NCBI GenBank assembly: GCA_963674785.1
Contig: OY771555.1
Coordinates: forward strand, 1,984,001-2,048,000
Origin: Caldisericia bacterium
Lineage (GTDB): Bacteria > Caldisericota > Caldisericia > JAAYUI01
Length of the DNA: 64,000 nt
Reading direction: 5' to 3'
The position numbers and the translations under genes were made by a program. Position 1 is the stretch's first letter, and each line of letters starts with the position of its first letter. This document shows, piece after piece, positions 19,901 to 28,096 of the stretch. The notes below the pieces were generated by a model. That model saw only the letters and a program-made list of their open reading frames with translations. It was not told the DNA's origin and did not search any database.

Positions 19901-21166
19901 TCTTGAGTTCCAATCAGTAAAGTATGTGTCGACACCATATGTCAGTGCATTTGAGGTATCAATAATGGCTGGCGAAGTTTCTCTCCAAACCTTCCACCAA
20001 CAAGAGGCGGAAAGATTGTACCTTGTCCATGTAAGTTCCTGTGATCTGAGGTTTGTAGGTGATGTGTAGTAAAGACCACCCGAAGACTGGATTCCCGGTT
20101 GATTAAGGTTTTCATAGTTTGGAAGAGTTATTGGAACACCCCACATAAGATGCGGTCTTCTTGCGAGTTGTTTTTCAGCTGCTGTTGGCCATGGTGCACC
20201 ATAATTTGCAATATCACCAGGATCATAAGCATTTCTCTGACACCAAAGTCTTCTCGCGAGAATTGCCTGCATCTCAACCATACCCTCACCCCATGGATGA
20301 TAATATGGGTTCAATTGGTCGTATTGAGCATGAATCATCTCATGAGTAAGAGTGTCGAGTCTTCCGTTTCTGGCGCTTGTCTGCCACTGTCCGATTACTG
20401 CACCGGTTCCACTATCAATCCAATCTGGTCTATCGTCTGGGTCGGCACCATAACCGGTTGGCATATGAATTTCGGCTTCCCAGCCACCAACACCATCAGG
20501 AATTGAGGTTCTGTAGAAAGCAGCTACACCAACGCCAGGACCGTTGTCTCTTACAAACGAAATTGACTGGCTATTGAATGGTGAACCGAATACGTCAGCA
20601 ATACAATCCTCCATTCCAACAACAATACCGTTTCCACCACCTTCAACAAAAAACTCAATATTTGGCATCTCAGATGTGCAATCCCATCTTGGATCATTTG
20701 GCCCAAGGGAACCTGAGGTATCACAGGTGTAGTCCCAGTCAATATCACCAATAGGTGGAATTGCCTGCCCTACGGCGTTTAAAGCAAAAGTCTCAGTTTC
20801 TGTTTCTGGTTTGTTTCCAAGAGGTTGTCCATTTGCAATCAAAGTCACAACTGGAAGTCTTGTGCTCTCAATAGAATCTGAGAATCGATAACCAGCATTA
20901 TAGATAACATTGTTGATTCTGTTTCTGATTTCGACCCTATGTCTCTCAGAAAAATCAACAAAACCTGCTGTATGGTCATTTGGTAACAGATCGGTTACAT
21001 CAATCAAAATCTGTCCAGGATTTTCGTAAGGTCTTTCACTTTCGTCGTTGATTATAACACCATCTAGATTCACTGAATCAGAGGCGAATACAACTCCGGC
21101 GAAAGAACCAAAACCAAGCGTCAAGGACAAGAAAGCAATCATGACAAAGGAAAATACCTTCTTCAT
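16298..21166 (-). CDS. Large secreted protein A: signal peptide, gluzincin-type Zn-peptidase domain, DUF3344-like domain, 2x DUF11, Cys-containing C-terminal domain
   Basis: Start MKKVFSFVMIAF at ATG 21166 with GGAG SD; HEMIH..WGEG; YGFAILYIFENDNLPL..DG..TGFRTP; LSIEKTA..ITYTITVSN and LTISKTS..IKYRLKVQNVG..VVLTDMFP. Confidence 0.85.
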   Translation of the reverse strand: MKKVFSFVMIAFLSLTLGFGSFAGVVFASDSVNLDGVIINDESERPYENPGQILIDVTDLLPNDHTAGFVDFSERHRVEIRNRINNVIYNAGYRFSDSIESTRLPVVTLIANGQPLGNKPETETETFALNAVGQAIPPIGDIDWDYTCDTSGSLGPNDPRWDCTSEMPNIEFFVEGGGNGIVVGMEDCIADVFGSPFNSQSISFVRDNGPGVGVAAFYRTSIPDGVGGWEAEIHMPTGYGADPDDRPDWIDSGTGAVIGQWQTSARNGRLDTLTHEMIHAQYDQLNPYYHPWGEGMVEMQAILARRLWCQRNAYDPGDIANYGAPWPTAAEKQLARRPHLMWGVPITLPNYENLNQPGIQSSGGLYYTSPTNLRSQELTWTRYNLSASCWWKVWRETSPAIIDTSNALTYGVDTYFTDWNSRYYDYWFMNGGGWGVLPAGIYDNISLYNQFTTEVLFNDIDMGGESNVEEEDFETIWYGKQNILDVRTHTGAHVFVPSGPSNPNGGLAYVAADVGNENFICDFGAYYSDDQGSFTPAYPFLYETIAGGVNSGAEQGIAGDLHIEVIEIDDDDDETTDIMYHPTHDGSGNPPWTYLPAYGTNIPGLAFGASGRLTSQEAGLTLPAGLNFINVGGDEGGFIITYSVDTDGDPSTYEAEAVTYWTDEHRGPAIHTAVVVGDGENANDYMYFTYDGGAEVGPLGGGTDSSYWDTWPGGTFTSHRIAYRFDGVGLEFDSYSYANTGPFFYLHVHAPAVQQLVQDLPAYTGNIGHALLVQSTRYNSANDVVAASGRHYYCQFVTDSTIPETDGLPNKTARPDYIPSNSNLLAAYLYTNDAGYNPGTGWQHEPILVNPGKSINPSPWEYCYGEYIGSNRGGIPGSPARCDSGGGDELNAFRFDITRFIDDIYDDIHITNLYQQAQSGGGRLYGFAILYIFENDNLPLSRIMISDGAYDAGRPVGNHVVSTFTGFRTPPNVAEWEYDNSGGKAYITHIGTSTDNNPCGSDSGSGAAYRGRWEPEWDFFAIGSDRLPEGDRLWMNPLPAPEGAWWAYTDPNRIGDRRNANAVPNYVPATLPPGFPADYRFSPRASAPEWYSAGKQLASQWFWNRPFSFGGNKTAIAWTEDSYWDEYVHVDYANDGSAWGWNLEQRDFGDPAYDPLVNPLYDPLTHVENSYLAGNDTEIWYRPYAVCSDAELVTVDPTDEFDFTDGVGPCVPTEIPNMNTGQQPSCNWDYYQNTRTRTCGTVTGAAYPSAPHPQPKYPTTEEEGGAHIMHLLQVPIIPSLSIEKTAYPTDTVLPDSVITYTITVSNDTPFTQQNVIVTENYPQGVTFLDANPPPDLGDNMWTTSISDDGNLDPYESFTISVRVTVGHLEKGTRLTNVAVTSAETAPEPVNAQYTNVCLGEPELTISKTSKKFLAVQGDKIKYRLKVQNVGDREAMNVVLTDMFPRELEYVSSVPAGSLGLNKITWAIGQLNPSQTYFVDLVLKLRDDIKINPGVSVINTAVATSSEGLKVQDQSVLIVYRRPDEPVTCPKPDIDVSYDGDKLCVTVDRFGGCSPYTLRITSLENDVDIIATIDRPAEEKCIDLSISTDDTIQIELQNKYAGSYFYCYKITPDSIDASEIPCP

Positions 21167-21198
21167 ACTGCACACTCCTAATTTAGTTTTTTGATGAA

Positions 21199-21246
21199 TC
21201 AATAAGAAAGGGTGTATCTCGCGACACACGCACAAATCTTGCACAT
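21199..21246 (-). CDS. Candidate Cys-rich leader peptide A (MCKICACVARYTLSY)
   Basis: ATG..TGA, 15 aa, 3 Cys, between promoter and gene A; no SD; translation unproven. Confidence 0.4.
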   Translation of the reverse strand: MCKICACVARYTLSY

Positions 21247-21260
21247 AATAACACTTTCAG

Positions 21261-21288
21261 AGTCTACCTAACTATTCAAATCTGTCAA
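21261..21288 (-). promoter_or_regulatory. sigma70-like promoter of large protein A
   Basis: TTGACA-N16-TAGACT. Confidence 0.65.
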
Positions 21289-21363
21289 CCTTTCCCAAAA
21301 AAACATCTAGAAAAATTGAATAAAATTAAAAAAATGAGAAAATATTTCACACCCATCTTGATG

Positions 21364-22135
21364 ATATAAAACAACCCCCACCTTCTTTAGGTGGGGGTTG
21401 GGATTATCGCTTTGTACGATTTATTGGTTTATTCTGGCTTCGGTTGTTACAAGGTTATGGACAAGGTATTTCAGATGCATCTATGGAGTCAGGGGTTATC
21501 TTGTAACAGTAGAAGTAGGAGCCTGCATATTTGTTTTGTAGTTCGATCTGGATTGTGTCATCGGTTGAGATTGAGAGGTCAATGCATTTTTCTTCTGCAG
21601 GTCTGTCGATTGTTGCTATGATGTCAACATCGTTTTCAAGTGATGTGATTCTGAGGGTGTATGGGCTACATCCACCAAATCTGTCTACTGTGACACAGAG
21701 TTTGTCACCATCATATGAGACATCGATATCTGGTTTTGGACATGTTACTGGTTCATCTGGTCTTCTGTAGACTATGAGTACTGACTGGTCTTGTACTTTG
21801 AGTCCTTCGGAACTTGTTGCAACTGCAGTATTGATTACTGAGACACCTGGGTTGATTTTGATATCGTCTCTGAGTTTGAGTACGAGGTCTACGAAGTATG
21901 TCTGGCTTGGGTTAAGCTGACCGATTGCCCATGTGATTTTGTTGAGACCAAGTGATCCTGCTGGAACTGAGCTTACATATTCAAGTTCTCTTGGGAACAT
22001 ATCTGTAAGAACAACGTTCATTGCTTCTCTGTCACCAACATTTTGTACTTTGAGTCTATATTTGATCTTGTCGCCCTGAACTGCAAGGAATTTCTTTGAT
22101 GTTTTTGAGATTGTGAGTTCTGGTTCACCAAGACA
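21364..22135. repeat. 772-bp direct repeat copy 2 (3' end, 3' UTR and terminator of large protein B)
   Basis: Matches 16207..16978. Confidence 0.92.
21368..21400 (-). terminator. Intrinsic terminator of large protein B
   Basis: Same hairpin as 16211..16243. Confidence 0.85.
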
Positions 22136-25100
22136 TGAGTTTTCATACTGTGCATAAGCTGGGTTTGGAGCTGTTTCAGCTGATGTGTAACAGGTGTTGA
22201 GGAGTCTTGTTCCTTTTGGAAGATGTCCAACCTGAACTCTTATAATTACTGAGAAGCTCTCATGTGGATCAAGGTTTCCATCATCACTGATCGAGGTTGA
22301 CCAAATATTTTCACCTAAATCTGGTGGTGGATTTGCATCGAGGAATGTTACACCCTGTGGATAGTTTTCAACAAGTGTTACATTTTCCTGGGTATAAGGA
22401 GTGTCGTTTGTGATTGTGATTGTGTAAGTTAGAACTGAATCTGGAAGGACAGTTCCAGTTGGATATGCAGTTTTTTCAAGTGAAAGTGATGGGACAATTG
22501 GAACCTGGAGAACAAAGGCATGTAAATGTCCTCTCTCTTCAGATTCTGGATAATATGGTGTTGGCCATGGGCCATACATAGTTGAATATCTACATCTTTC
22601 AGCGGCAGTGCTTGTGTTACAGTTTGGTGGCCAGTTATTTCCCCACTCTGTTGCAACACAAGGTCCGTTACCATCTGTGAGATCTGCTGAATAGTTGTCA
22701 CCGCAAACAAGATATGGTCTCAGGGTCACTGTGCTATCGCTACCACCGAGATAGGAGTAAATACCAGATCCAGCTGATGTTTCAGTGATATGTGGATAGT
22801 TATTCCATCCATCAAATGAACCATCCGAATTATCTTCATCATAATCAGCGTTAACGTATGTCCACCATGGGTCATCCTGCCACATAAGTGCAGTTTTTGC
22901 TGCAACGACAGTAAAGTTTTTGTTCCAGAACCATGCACAACTGAACTGTTTTCCGGTTGATGCATATGTTGGATTCATAGCTCTTGGTCCCCAATAATAT
23001 GGATCTGGGAATCCTGGAGGTCTGTTTGGTGGGTTGCTGGCATCGCTAGTGCTACCAATCCAACCTGGTGCCCACCATGCACCACCTGTTCCATCTGGGT
23101 CAGCTGGAAGTGGATTGAGCCAGAATCTATCCATAGATTTCATATCAGATCCGCATGCCCAGAAATCCCATTCTGTGTTGAATGTTCCAGCAAATCTTCC
23201 GCGTCCGTTATCAGCAGAGTTACCAATAATTCCAACATAAGCACCGGCATTTGCTTCGTCAGTTACCCACTGATCGGGATCTGGTGGGGTTCTGAAACCT
23301 GTGAAAACAGTATTTGAGTTATCACGATGGTTGTTACAAAGCCTGAGGGCTCCGTCCATAATCATAACCTGGTTGAGAGGAAGATTCTGGTTCTCGTATA
23401 TCATTACAACTTCGTAACCATATCTTTGTGGGGAACCTGGTTCAAATTCCTGATAGAGATTAGTAACTGTTATTGTATCATAGCAGCTTGTAACATAAGG
23501 TGTTATGTCAAATCTAAATGTTGACTGGGTTGATGCCCATCCACCACAAGCACAGTTATTCTCGAGGTTGCTTCGTGGTTCATTATCTTTTCCAAGGAAC
23601 TCACCAGTGCAAAGTTCTGAAGTTGGGTTTCCAGCTCTTCCGCCGTTAACAAGGATTGGAACGTGCTCGTATCCGCCAGTAATTCTTCTACCTACAGAGT
23701 TAGCATAGATGTAACACTTAACGAGTGTAGAGCCAGATGGAATGTAGTCTGGTCTGTAAACAAGATGAGTAAGGCCGGTTGGAGCTGGCTGAGCATCAGG
23801 GCTTACAAACTGGTTGAAGTAAATTCTGCTTGGCTGATATGAATAATCGGTTGACTGAGCGATCATTGCAAAACCATATCTACCGATCATTGGTGGGATG
23901 TTATTACTAAGTCGGTTGAATGAGGTCACGAACTGTTTTACATAGTAGTATGGACCAGCATTTGCGTAAGCATAGTCTGGATATGGAGCATTCTGACCCT
24001 GGAATTCATAACCAAGAATTCCACCATTAACATCATCATAGTAAGTATTGTCCTCAAAAGCACAATCTCCACCAAATCCTGCAAGAGCACTAAAGGCACC
24101 ATGATTTATATTAAATGCAATCTGGTCGGCAGTGTTCACACCACCACCAACAATGACACCAGACTGTCCACCCACATACTGTTCTTGGTTTGCAAAAAGT
24201 CCGCTGTACTCAGCTGTGGTTGTTGCAGATGTATCTTCTGCCTGGAATACTGCCTGGTAACCACCTCTTGGAAGTGGGCCACCTGGTACTGAAGTATCTC
24301 TAAAATAGAGAGCTGGTGGGAAGAAAGCTCCACCTTCAACGGAATTGATTCTTCCGGTTGCGGCAAAAGTCATGATTGTTGCACCTGAGGCAGGAACATT
24401 TGTCCATGTCGTAGCAGTTGGCCAGCCAGCACCAGTGTGTGCATCATGATAACTCACTCTAGTTGTGATATCATCACCTGGATTAAGTCCCCCACGTGCG
24501 TGTAGTGAATAGACTGTGAGGTTAAGATTTCCAGCGAGACCAATTTCGGAACCACCAGCAATTGTCTGATAGAAGTATGGTGAATTATCATTGCTGTAGA
24601 AAATACTATTTGTTGGGCCACCTGTGTAGTATGTTCCGAAGTCACAAATTCCTGACTGATCATCACCAGTTGTGTACATCTGTCCGCCAGCAGGTGTTGA
24701 TGGACCAAATGGAACATAGAGTTTTCCACCAGTATGAGTGTTTACATCAAGGACATGCTGTGCTCCATACCAAACAGTCTCATAGTCCTGATTCTCAACA
24801 AGGGTATCACCCTTCTCATTATCAAGGACAGTGGTTGTGAAACTGTTCATCAAGTCGACATCGCCTCTGATTCCTGGATAACCACCATCGCCATTTGCAA
24901 AGTAGTGATCCCAATACTCTGAGTTCCAATCAACGAAATATGTTCCAGCACCATATGTTGCACTGTTTGTGGCAGAAATAATTGCTGGAGATGTCTCTCT
25001 CCATACTTTCCACCATGTTGTTGCCGAAACGTCATATCTTGTGTTCATAAGATATGGATATCTTGGGTTTCCACCTGTAATGTCATAGAAGAATCCGCCT

Positions 25101-26128
25101 GAAGGCTGAATGCCTTCCTGGTTAAGGTTCTCGTATAATGGAAGGGTTGTTGGTACACCAAGAGCAAGTGTAGATTTGTTTGGTGGTGTATATGAGTTTC
25201 TCTGGCACCAAAGCTTTCTAGCCAAGATTGCCTGCATCTCGATCATACCTTCACCCCAAGGATGATAGTATGGATTGAGTCTATCATAATATGCGTGAAT
25301 CATCTCATGAGTAAGAGCATCAAGTCTTCCCTCACGAGCTGTAACCTGCCATGGAACACCTGTATCGTTTCCTGCTGCATCATACCAATTTGGTATTGTA
25401 TCAGGGTCATCGCTACATCCGGTTGGAAGGTCAATGTATCCGACAAAATTTCCACTTCCAATTGGTGTTTCAATTGAACTTGTATACTGAGCATAAACTC
25501 CCTGTGGAAGTCCATCGTTTCTTCTGAAGATTACAGTCTGTGTGAAGAATGGGGTTCCGAAAACATCGGTAATACAATCTTCGATACTTACTGCTACACC
25601 ATTTCCTCCACCTTCGACGAAAAACTCGATATTTGGCATTTCGACATTACAATCCCAAAGAATGCTTGGTGAGGACTGGGAAGTTCCACATGAGTTCATG
25701 AAGTCCCAATCAATATCACCAGACGGTGGGACTGCCTGGTTGACTCCGAAAAGACTGAATGTGCTCTCCCCTTCTTTTCTTTCACCAATCATCTTTCCAT
25801 CGGCAACAAGAATTACGGTTGGAGCATATATCGTCGATCCATCATCTGGAAATCTCTGGTTTGTGGTTGCCCAAGTCTGATTAATTCTACTGAGAATAAT
25901 CTCCTGGTTTCTTGGAGTCGTTAGATACCCAGCGGTGTGATCTGACACCAAATCAGTCACGTCGACGACCATAGCACCAATATTTTCTATTGGTTTTTCC
26001 TCATCTACTACAACCAACCCATCTGTTCCATCTACGGGACCAGTTGCACTTACAGATGTCACGACCATTCCAAAGACCATAAAAACGATCAGGAATGCAG
26101 CAACAGCGATGGCATATGTCTTATTCAT
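21455..26128 (-). CDS. Large secreted protein B, paralog of A (gluzincin + DUF3344-like + 2x DUF11 + identical C-terminus)
   Basis: Signal peptide MNKTYAIAVAAFLIV; HEMIH..WGEG; shared blocks such as EMPNIEFFVEGGGNG and WWKVWRETSPAII; AAGGAG SD. Confidence 0.88.
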   Translation of the reverse strand: MNKTYAIAVAAFLIVFMVFGMVVTSVSATGPVDGTDGLVVVDEEKPIENIGAMVVDVTDLVSDHTAGYLTTPRNQEIILSRINQTWATTNQRFPDDGSTIYAPTVILVADGKMIGERKEGESTFSLFGVNQAVPPSGDIDWDFMNSCGTSQSSPSILWDCNVEMPNIEFFVEGGGNGVAVSIEDCITDVFGTPFFTQTVIFRRNDGLPQGVYAQYTSSIETPIGSGNFVGYIDLPTGCSDDPDTIPNWYDAAGNDTGVPWQVTAREGRLDALTHEMIHAYYDRLNPYYHPWGEGMIEMQAILARKLWCQRNSYTPPNKSTLALGVPTTLPLYENLNQEGIQPSGGFFYDITGGNPRYPYLMNTRYDVSATTWWKVWRETSPAIISATNSATYGAGTYFVDWNSEYWDHYFANGDGGYPGIRGDVDLMNSFTTTVLDNEKGDTLVENQDYETVWYGAQHVLDVNTHTGGKLYVPFGPSTPAGGQMYTTGDDQSGICDFGTYYTGGPTNSIFYSNDNSPYFYQTIAGGSEIGLAGNLNLTVYSLHARGGLNPGDDITTRVSYHDAHTGAGWPTATTWTNVPASGATIMTFAATGRINSVEGGAFFPPALYFRDTSVPGGPLPRGGYQAVFQAEDTSATTTAEYSGLFANQEQYVGGQSGVIVGGGVNTADQIAFNINHGAFSALAGFGGDCAFEDNTYYDDVNGGILGYEFQGQNAPYPDYAYANAGPYYYVKQFVTSFNRLSNNIPPMIGRYGFAMIAQSTDYSYQPSRIYFNQFVSPDAQPAPTGLTHLVYRPDYIPSGSTLVKCYIYANSVGRRITGGYEHVPILVNGGRAGNPTSELCTGEFLGKDNEPRSNLENNCACGGWASTQSTFRFDITPYVTSCYDTITVTNLYQEFEPGSPQRYGYEVVMIYENQNLPLNQVMIMDGALRLCNNHRDNSNTVFTGFRTPPDPDQWVTDEANAGAYVGIIGNSADNGRGRFAGTFNTEWDFWACGSDMKSMDRFWLNPLPADPDGTGGAWWAPGWIGSTSDASNPPNRPPGFPDPYYWGPRAMNPTYASTGKQFSCAWFWNKNFTVVAAKTALMWQDDPWWTYVNADYDEDNSDGSFDGWNNYPHITETSAGSGIYSYLGGSDSTVTLRPYLVCGDNYSADLTDGNGPCVATEWGNNWPPNCNTSTAAERCRYSTMYGPWPTPYYPESEERGHLHAFVLQVPIVPSLSLEKTAYPTGTVLPDSVLTYTITITNDTPYTQENVTLVENYPQGVTFLDANPPPDLGENIWSTSISDDGNLDPHESFSVIIRVQVGHLPKGTRLLNTCYTSAETAPNPAYAQYENSCLGEPELTISKTSKKFLAVQGDKIKYRLKVQNVGDREAMNVVLTDMFPRELEYVSSVPAGSLGLNKITWAIGQLNPSQTYFVDLVLKLRDDIKINPGVSVINTAVATSSEGLKVQDQSVLIVYRRPDEPVTCPKPDIDVSYDGDKLCVTVDRFGGCSPYTLRITSLENDVDIIATIDRPAEEKCIDLSISTDDTIQIELQNKYAGSYFYCYKITPDSIDASEIPCP

Positions 26129-26140
26129 ATCACCAGCTCC

Positions 26141-26212
26141 TTACTTTATTTTGTTAGTCGGGATAAAACAGCACGCACGGACACACACACCCTTGCACCC
26201 ACACATGATCAT
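26141..26212 (-). CDS. Candidate Cys-rich leader peptide B (MIMCGCKGVCVRACCFIPTNKIK)
   Basis: 23 aa, 5 Cys (both TGT and TGC); TAA stop overlaps the AAGGAG SD of gene B. Confidence 0.45.
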   Translation of the reverse strand: MIMCGCKGVCVRACCFIPTNKIK

Positions 26213-26233
26213 AACGAATGAATTAACAGACAG

Positions 26234-26262
26234 AATCTATCACAAACGAAGTCGTTTGTCAA
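26234..26262 (-). promoter_or_regulatory. sigma70-like promoter of large protein B with palindromic operator in the spacer
   Basis: TTGACA-N17-TAGATT; ACAAACGA-N2-TCGTTTGT at 26242..26259. Confidence 0.7.
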
Positions 26263-26424
26263 TGGCACAAGTTGAAGACAAAACTCAAAAAGGGTGGAAA
26301 AGCACTTTTTTGGGAAAATATTGCTCATTAACATTTCCAAGATTGTAATTTATCAAAATATTGTAAAAAAAGTCATTGACTCTAATATGCAATAAGATAT
26401 ATTGACCTCACAAACTTGACTTAA

Positions 26425-26619
<195 letters not shown>

Positions 26620-26642
26620 TCACTAAATCTATCTAAACTTTC

Positions 26643-26673
26643 AAAAGAGGGCGGTTTTTACCGCCCTCTTTTT
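26643..26673. terminator. Bidirectional intrinsic terminator
   Basis: AAAAGAGGGCGGT-TTTT-ACCGCCCTCTTTT between convergent genes. Confidence 0.85.
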
Positions 26674-27369
26674 CTATATCAGAGATAAACCTCTGTCGAG
26701 TTTTGACATCGTTGACGTTGAGGCAATGCCATCAACTTTTTTTGATAACAAGCTAACAAATCTTGCTGCATCTTCAAATAATGATGGTGAGTAGTAGTCA
26801 ATTTCTAATTGAGCAAAATTAATGTCACTTCCCTTAAAGGAGAAATTATCAATTTTTATCTTTATTTTGTCAGACTCATTCGAACCCATTGATACAACCC
26901 AAACCGATCTATAACATCTTAATCTCACAATTTCTGATAAATGCATTGACTCGAGATGTTCAACTGCTCCAATAGACTCTTCAAAAGGTCTTATTAGGTT
27001 TTTCGGATAATCTTTAAAAAGCTCTGCTGTGACCTCTTGGGTCTTCAACACCGAAATCTCAAAATCGTATATCTCTGCGGGTTTTCCATATGCAGCTTCG
27101 GTAAGTTTCCTGTAAGCAATAAATTCTGCTTGCCTGTTTTTTGCTGGCCACAAGGATTTCCTGACTCTCACATAAGAGTTATTTGAGTTCAGCAAAAAGT
27201 TTCCATTCTCGAGGAGCTGATCGAAATATCTGTCATAATTGATCATATCAATTCTTTCTTTATAAGACCAATTCATCTCAGAACAGATATCAGGTATGAT
27301 ATCCACAACTTTATCGATGCTGTCAATCCTGATGTCAAGTTTTAATTCACGCTCACTTGTTGGGTTCAT
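26674..27369 (-). CDS. CYTH-like (triphosphate tunnel) domain protein
   Basis: ERELK N-terminal motif, DRYFD, YVRVR, LEI, SK..RG C-terminus. Confidence 0.65.
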   Translation of the reverse strand: MNPTSERELKLDIRIDSIDKVVDIIPDICSEMNWSYKERIDMINYDRYFDQLLENGNFLLNSNNSYVRVRKSLWPAKNRQAEFIAYRKLTEAAYGKPAEIYDFEISVLKTQEVTAELFKDYPKNLIRPFEESIGAVEHLESMHLSEIVRLRCYRSVWVVSMGSNESDKIKIKIDNFSFKGSDINFAQLEIDYYSPSLFEDAARFVSLLSKKVDGIASTSTMSKLDRGLSLI

Positions 27370-28016
27370 AAAACTCCTCCAATTTTCATTCCTCGTTCGA
27401 ATTTGCTAAGCCTATTTGGAATCAGCGTCGGCCACCTGCCAGACACAAGCTTGTTATCAATTACTATCCTTAAATCATCAAATTTTGATGACCCCTCAAT
27501 CTCTAATTCCAAATATACTCCATCATCCATCGGAAGTAAATACGAAAACCTATCTATGCAAACTTCACAGAAGCTTTTTTGTGTTCCTATTTTAATAACA
27601 CGACGTTCCTTTGAAACAATACAGATTGGTTGGAGGTTTTCAAAATTTGAGACAATCCGATAAACATCCTCATCCTCCGGTTTCTGGTTTATTGTTTTTA
27701 ATTTTTTTTCAAACTTCTTTTTTAACTCTGTAAGAGTTTTTCCTTTTTCTTCAATCCTCATATTGTTTTCTTCAGAAAAAGAATCCAAACTTTTGATGGT
27801 TATGCTTTTTAAATCGATACCGCTATACCTTCTTCTTAGGGTATATCCAGATTCAAGAAGTCCCAATTTATTATCCAAATAAACATCGATATGAGTTTTC
27901 GTTGCCTTATCAAGAACACCGTAGCCAGAAGATTCAATAATCCTGAGCATGATTCTCTCAAGCTTTGAGAAATTTCTAATAATTTCAAATTTTGACTCAA
28001 CTTCATACTCGCTCAC
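27366..28016 (-). CDS. CYTH domain protein
   Basis: EVESKF (ExExK), DVYLD, LRRR, TIK, RIE, ELEIE, SKFERG. Confidence 0.8.
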   Translation of the reverse strand: MSEYEVESKFEIIRNFSKLERIMLRIIESSGYGVLDKATKTHIDVYLDNKLGLLESGYTLRRRYSGIDLKSITIKSLDSFSEENNMRIEEKGKTLTELKKKFEKKLKTINQKPEDEDVYRIVSNFENLQPICIVSKERRVIKIGTQKSFCEVCIDRFSYLLPMDDGVYLELEIEGSSKFDDLRIVIDNKLVSGRWPTLIPNRLSKFERGMKIGGVL

Positions 28017-28096
28017 AAAGCTATATTAAGATAGCATTTACTTTCGTCAAGCTCGTACCCTTGAAAGAATTAGTGATTAACATATCATCACACAAT

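Noticed and set aside
21167-21244. N-terminal extension MQDLCVCR.. of protein A
   Set aside because: ATG 21166 has an SD and starts a typical signal peptide; GTG 21244 has no SD
16207-22135. 772-bp repeats as IS/LTR-like mobile element ends or a DGR
   Set aside because: The repeat is the coding 3' end plus terminator; no transposase, terminal inverted repeats or mismatches
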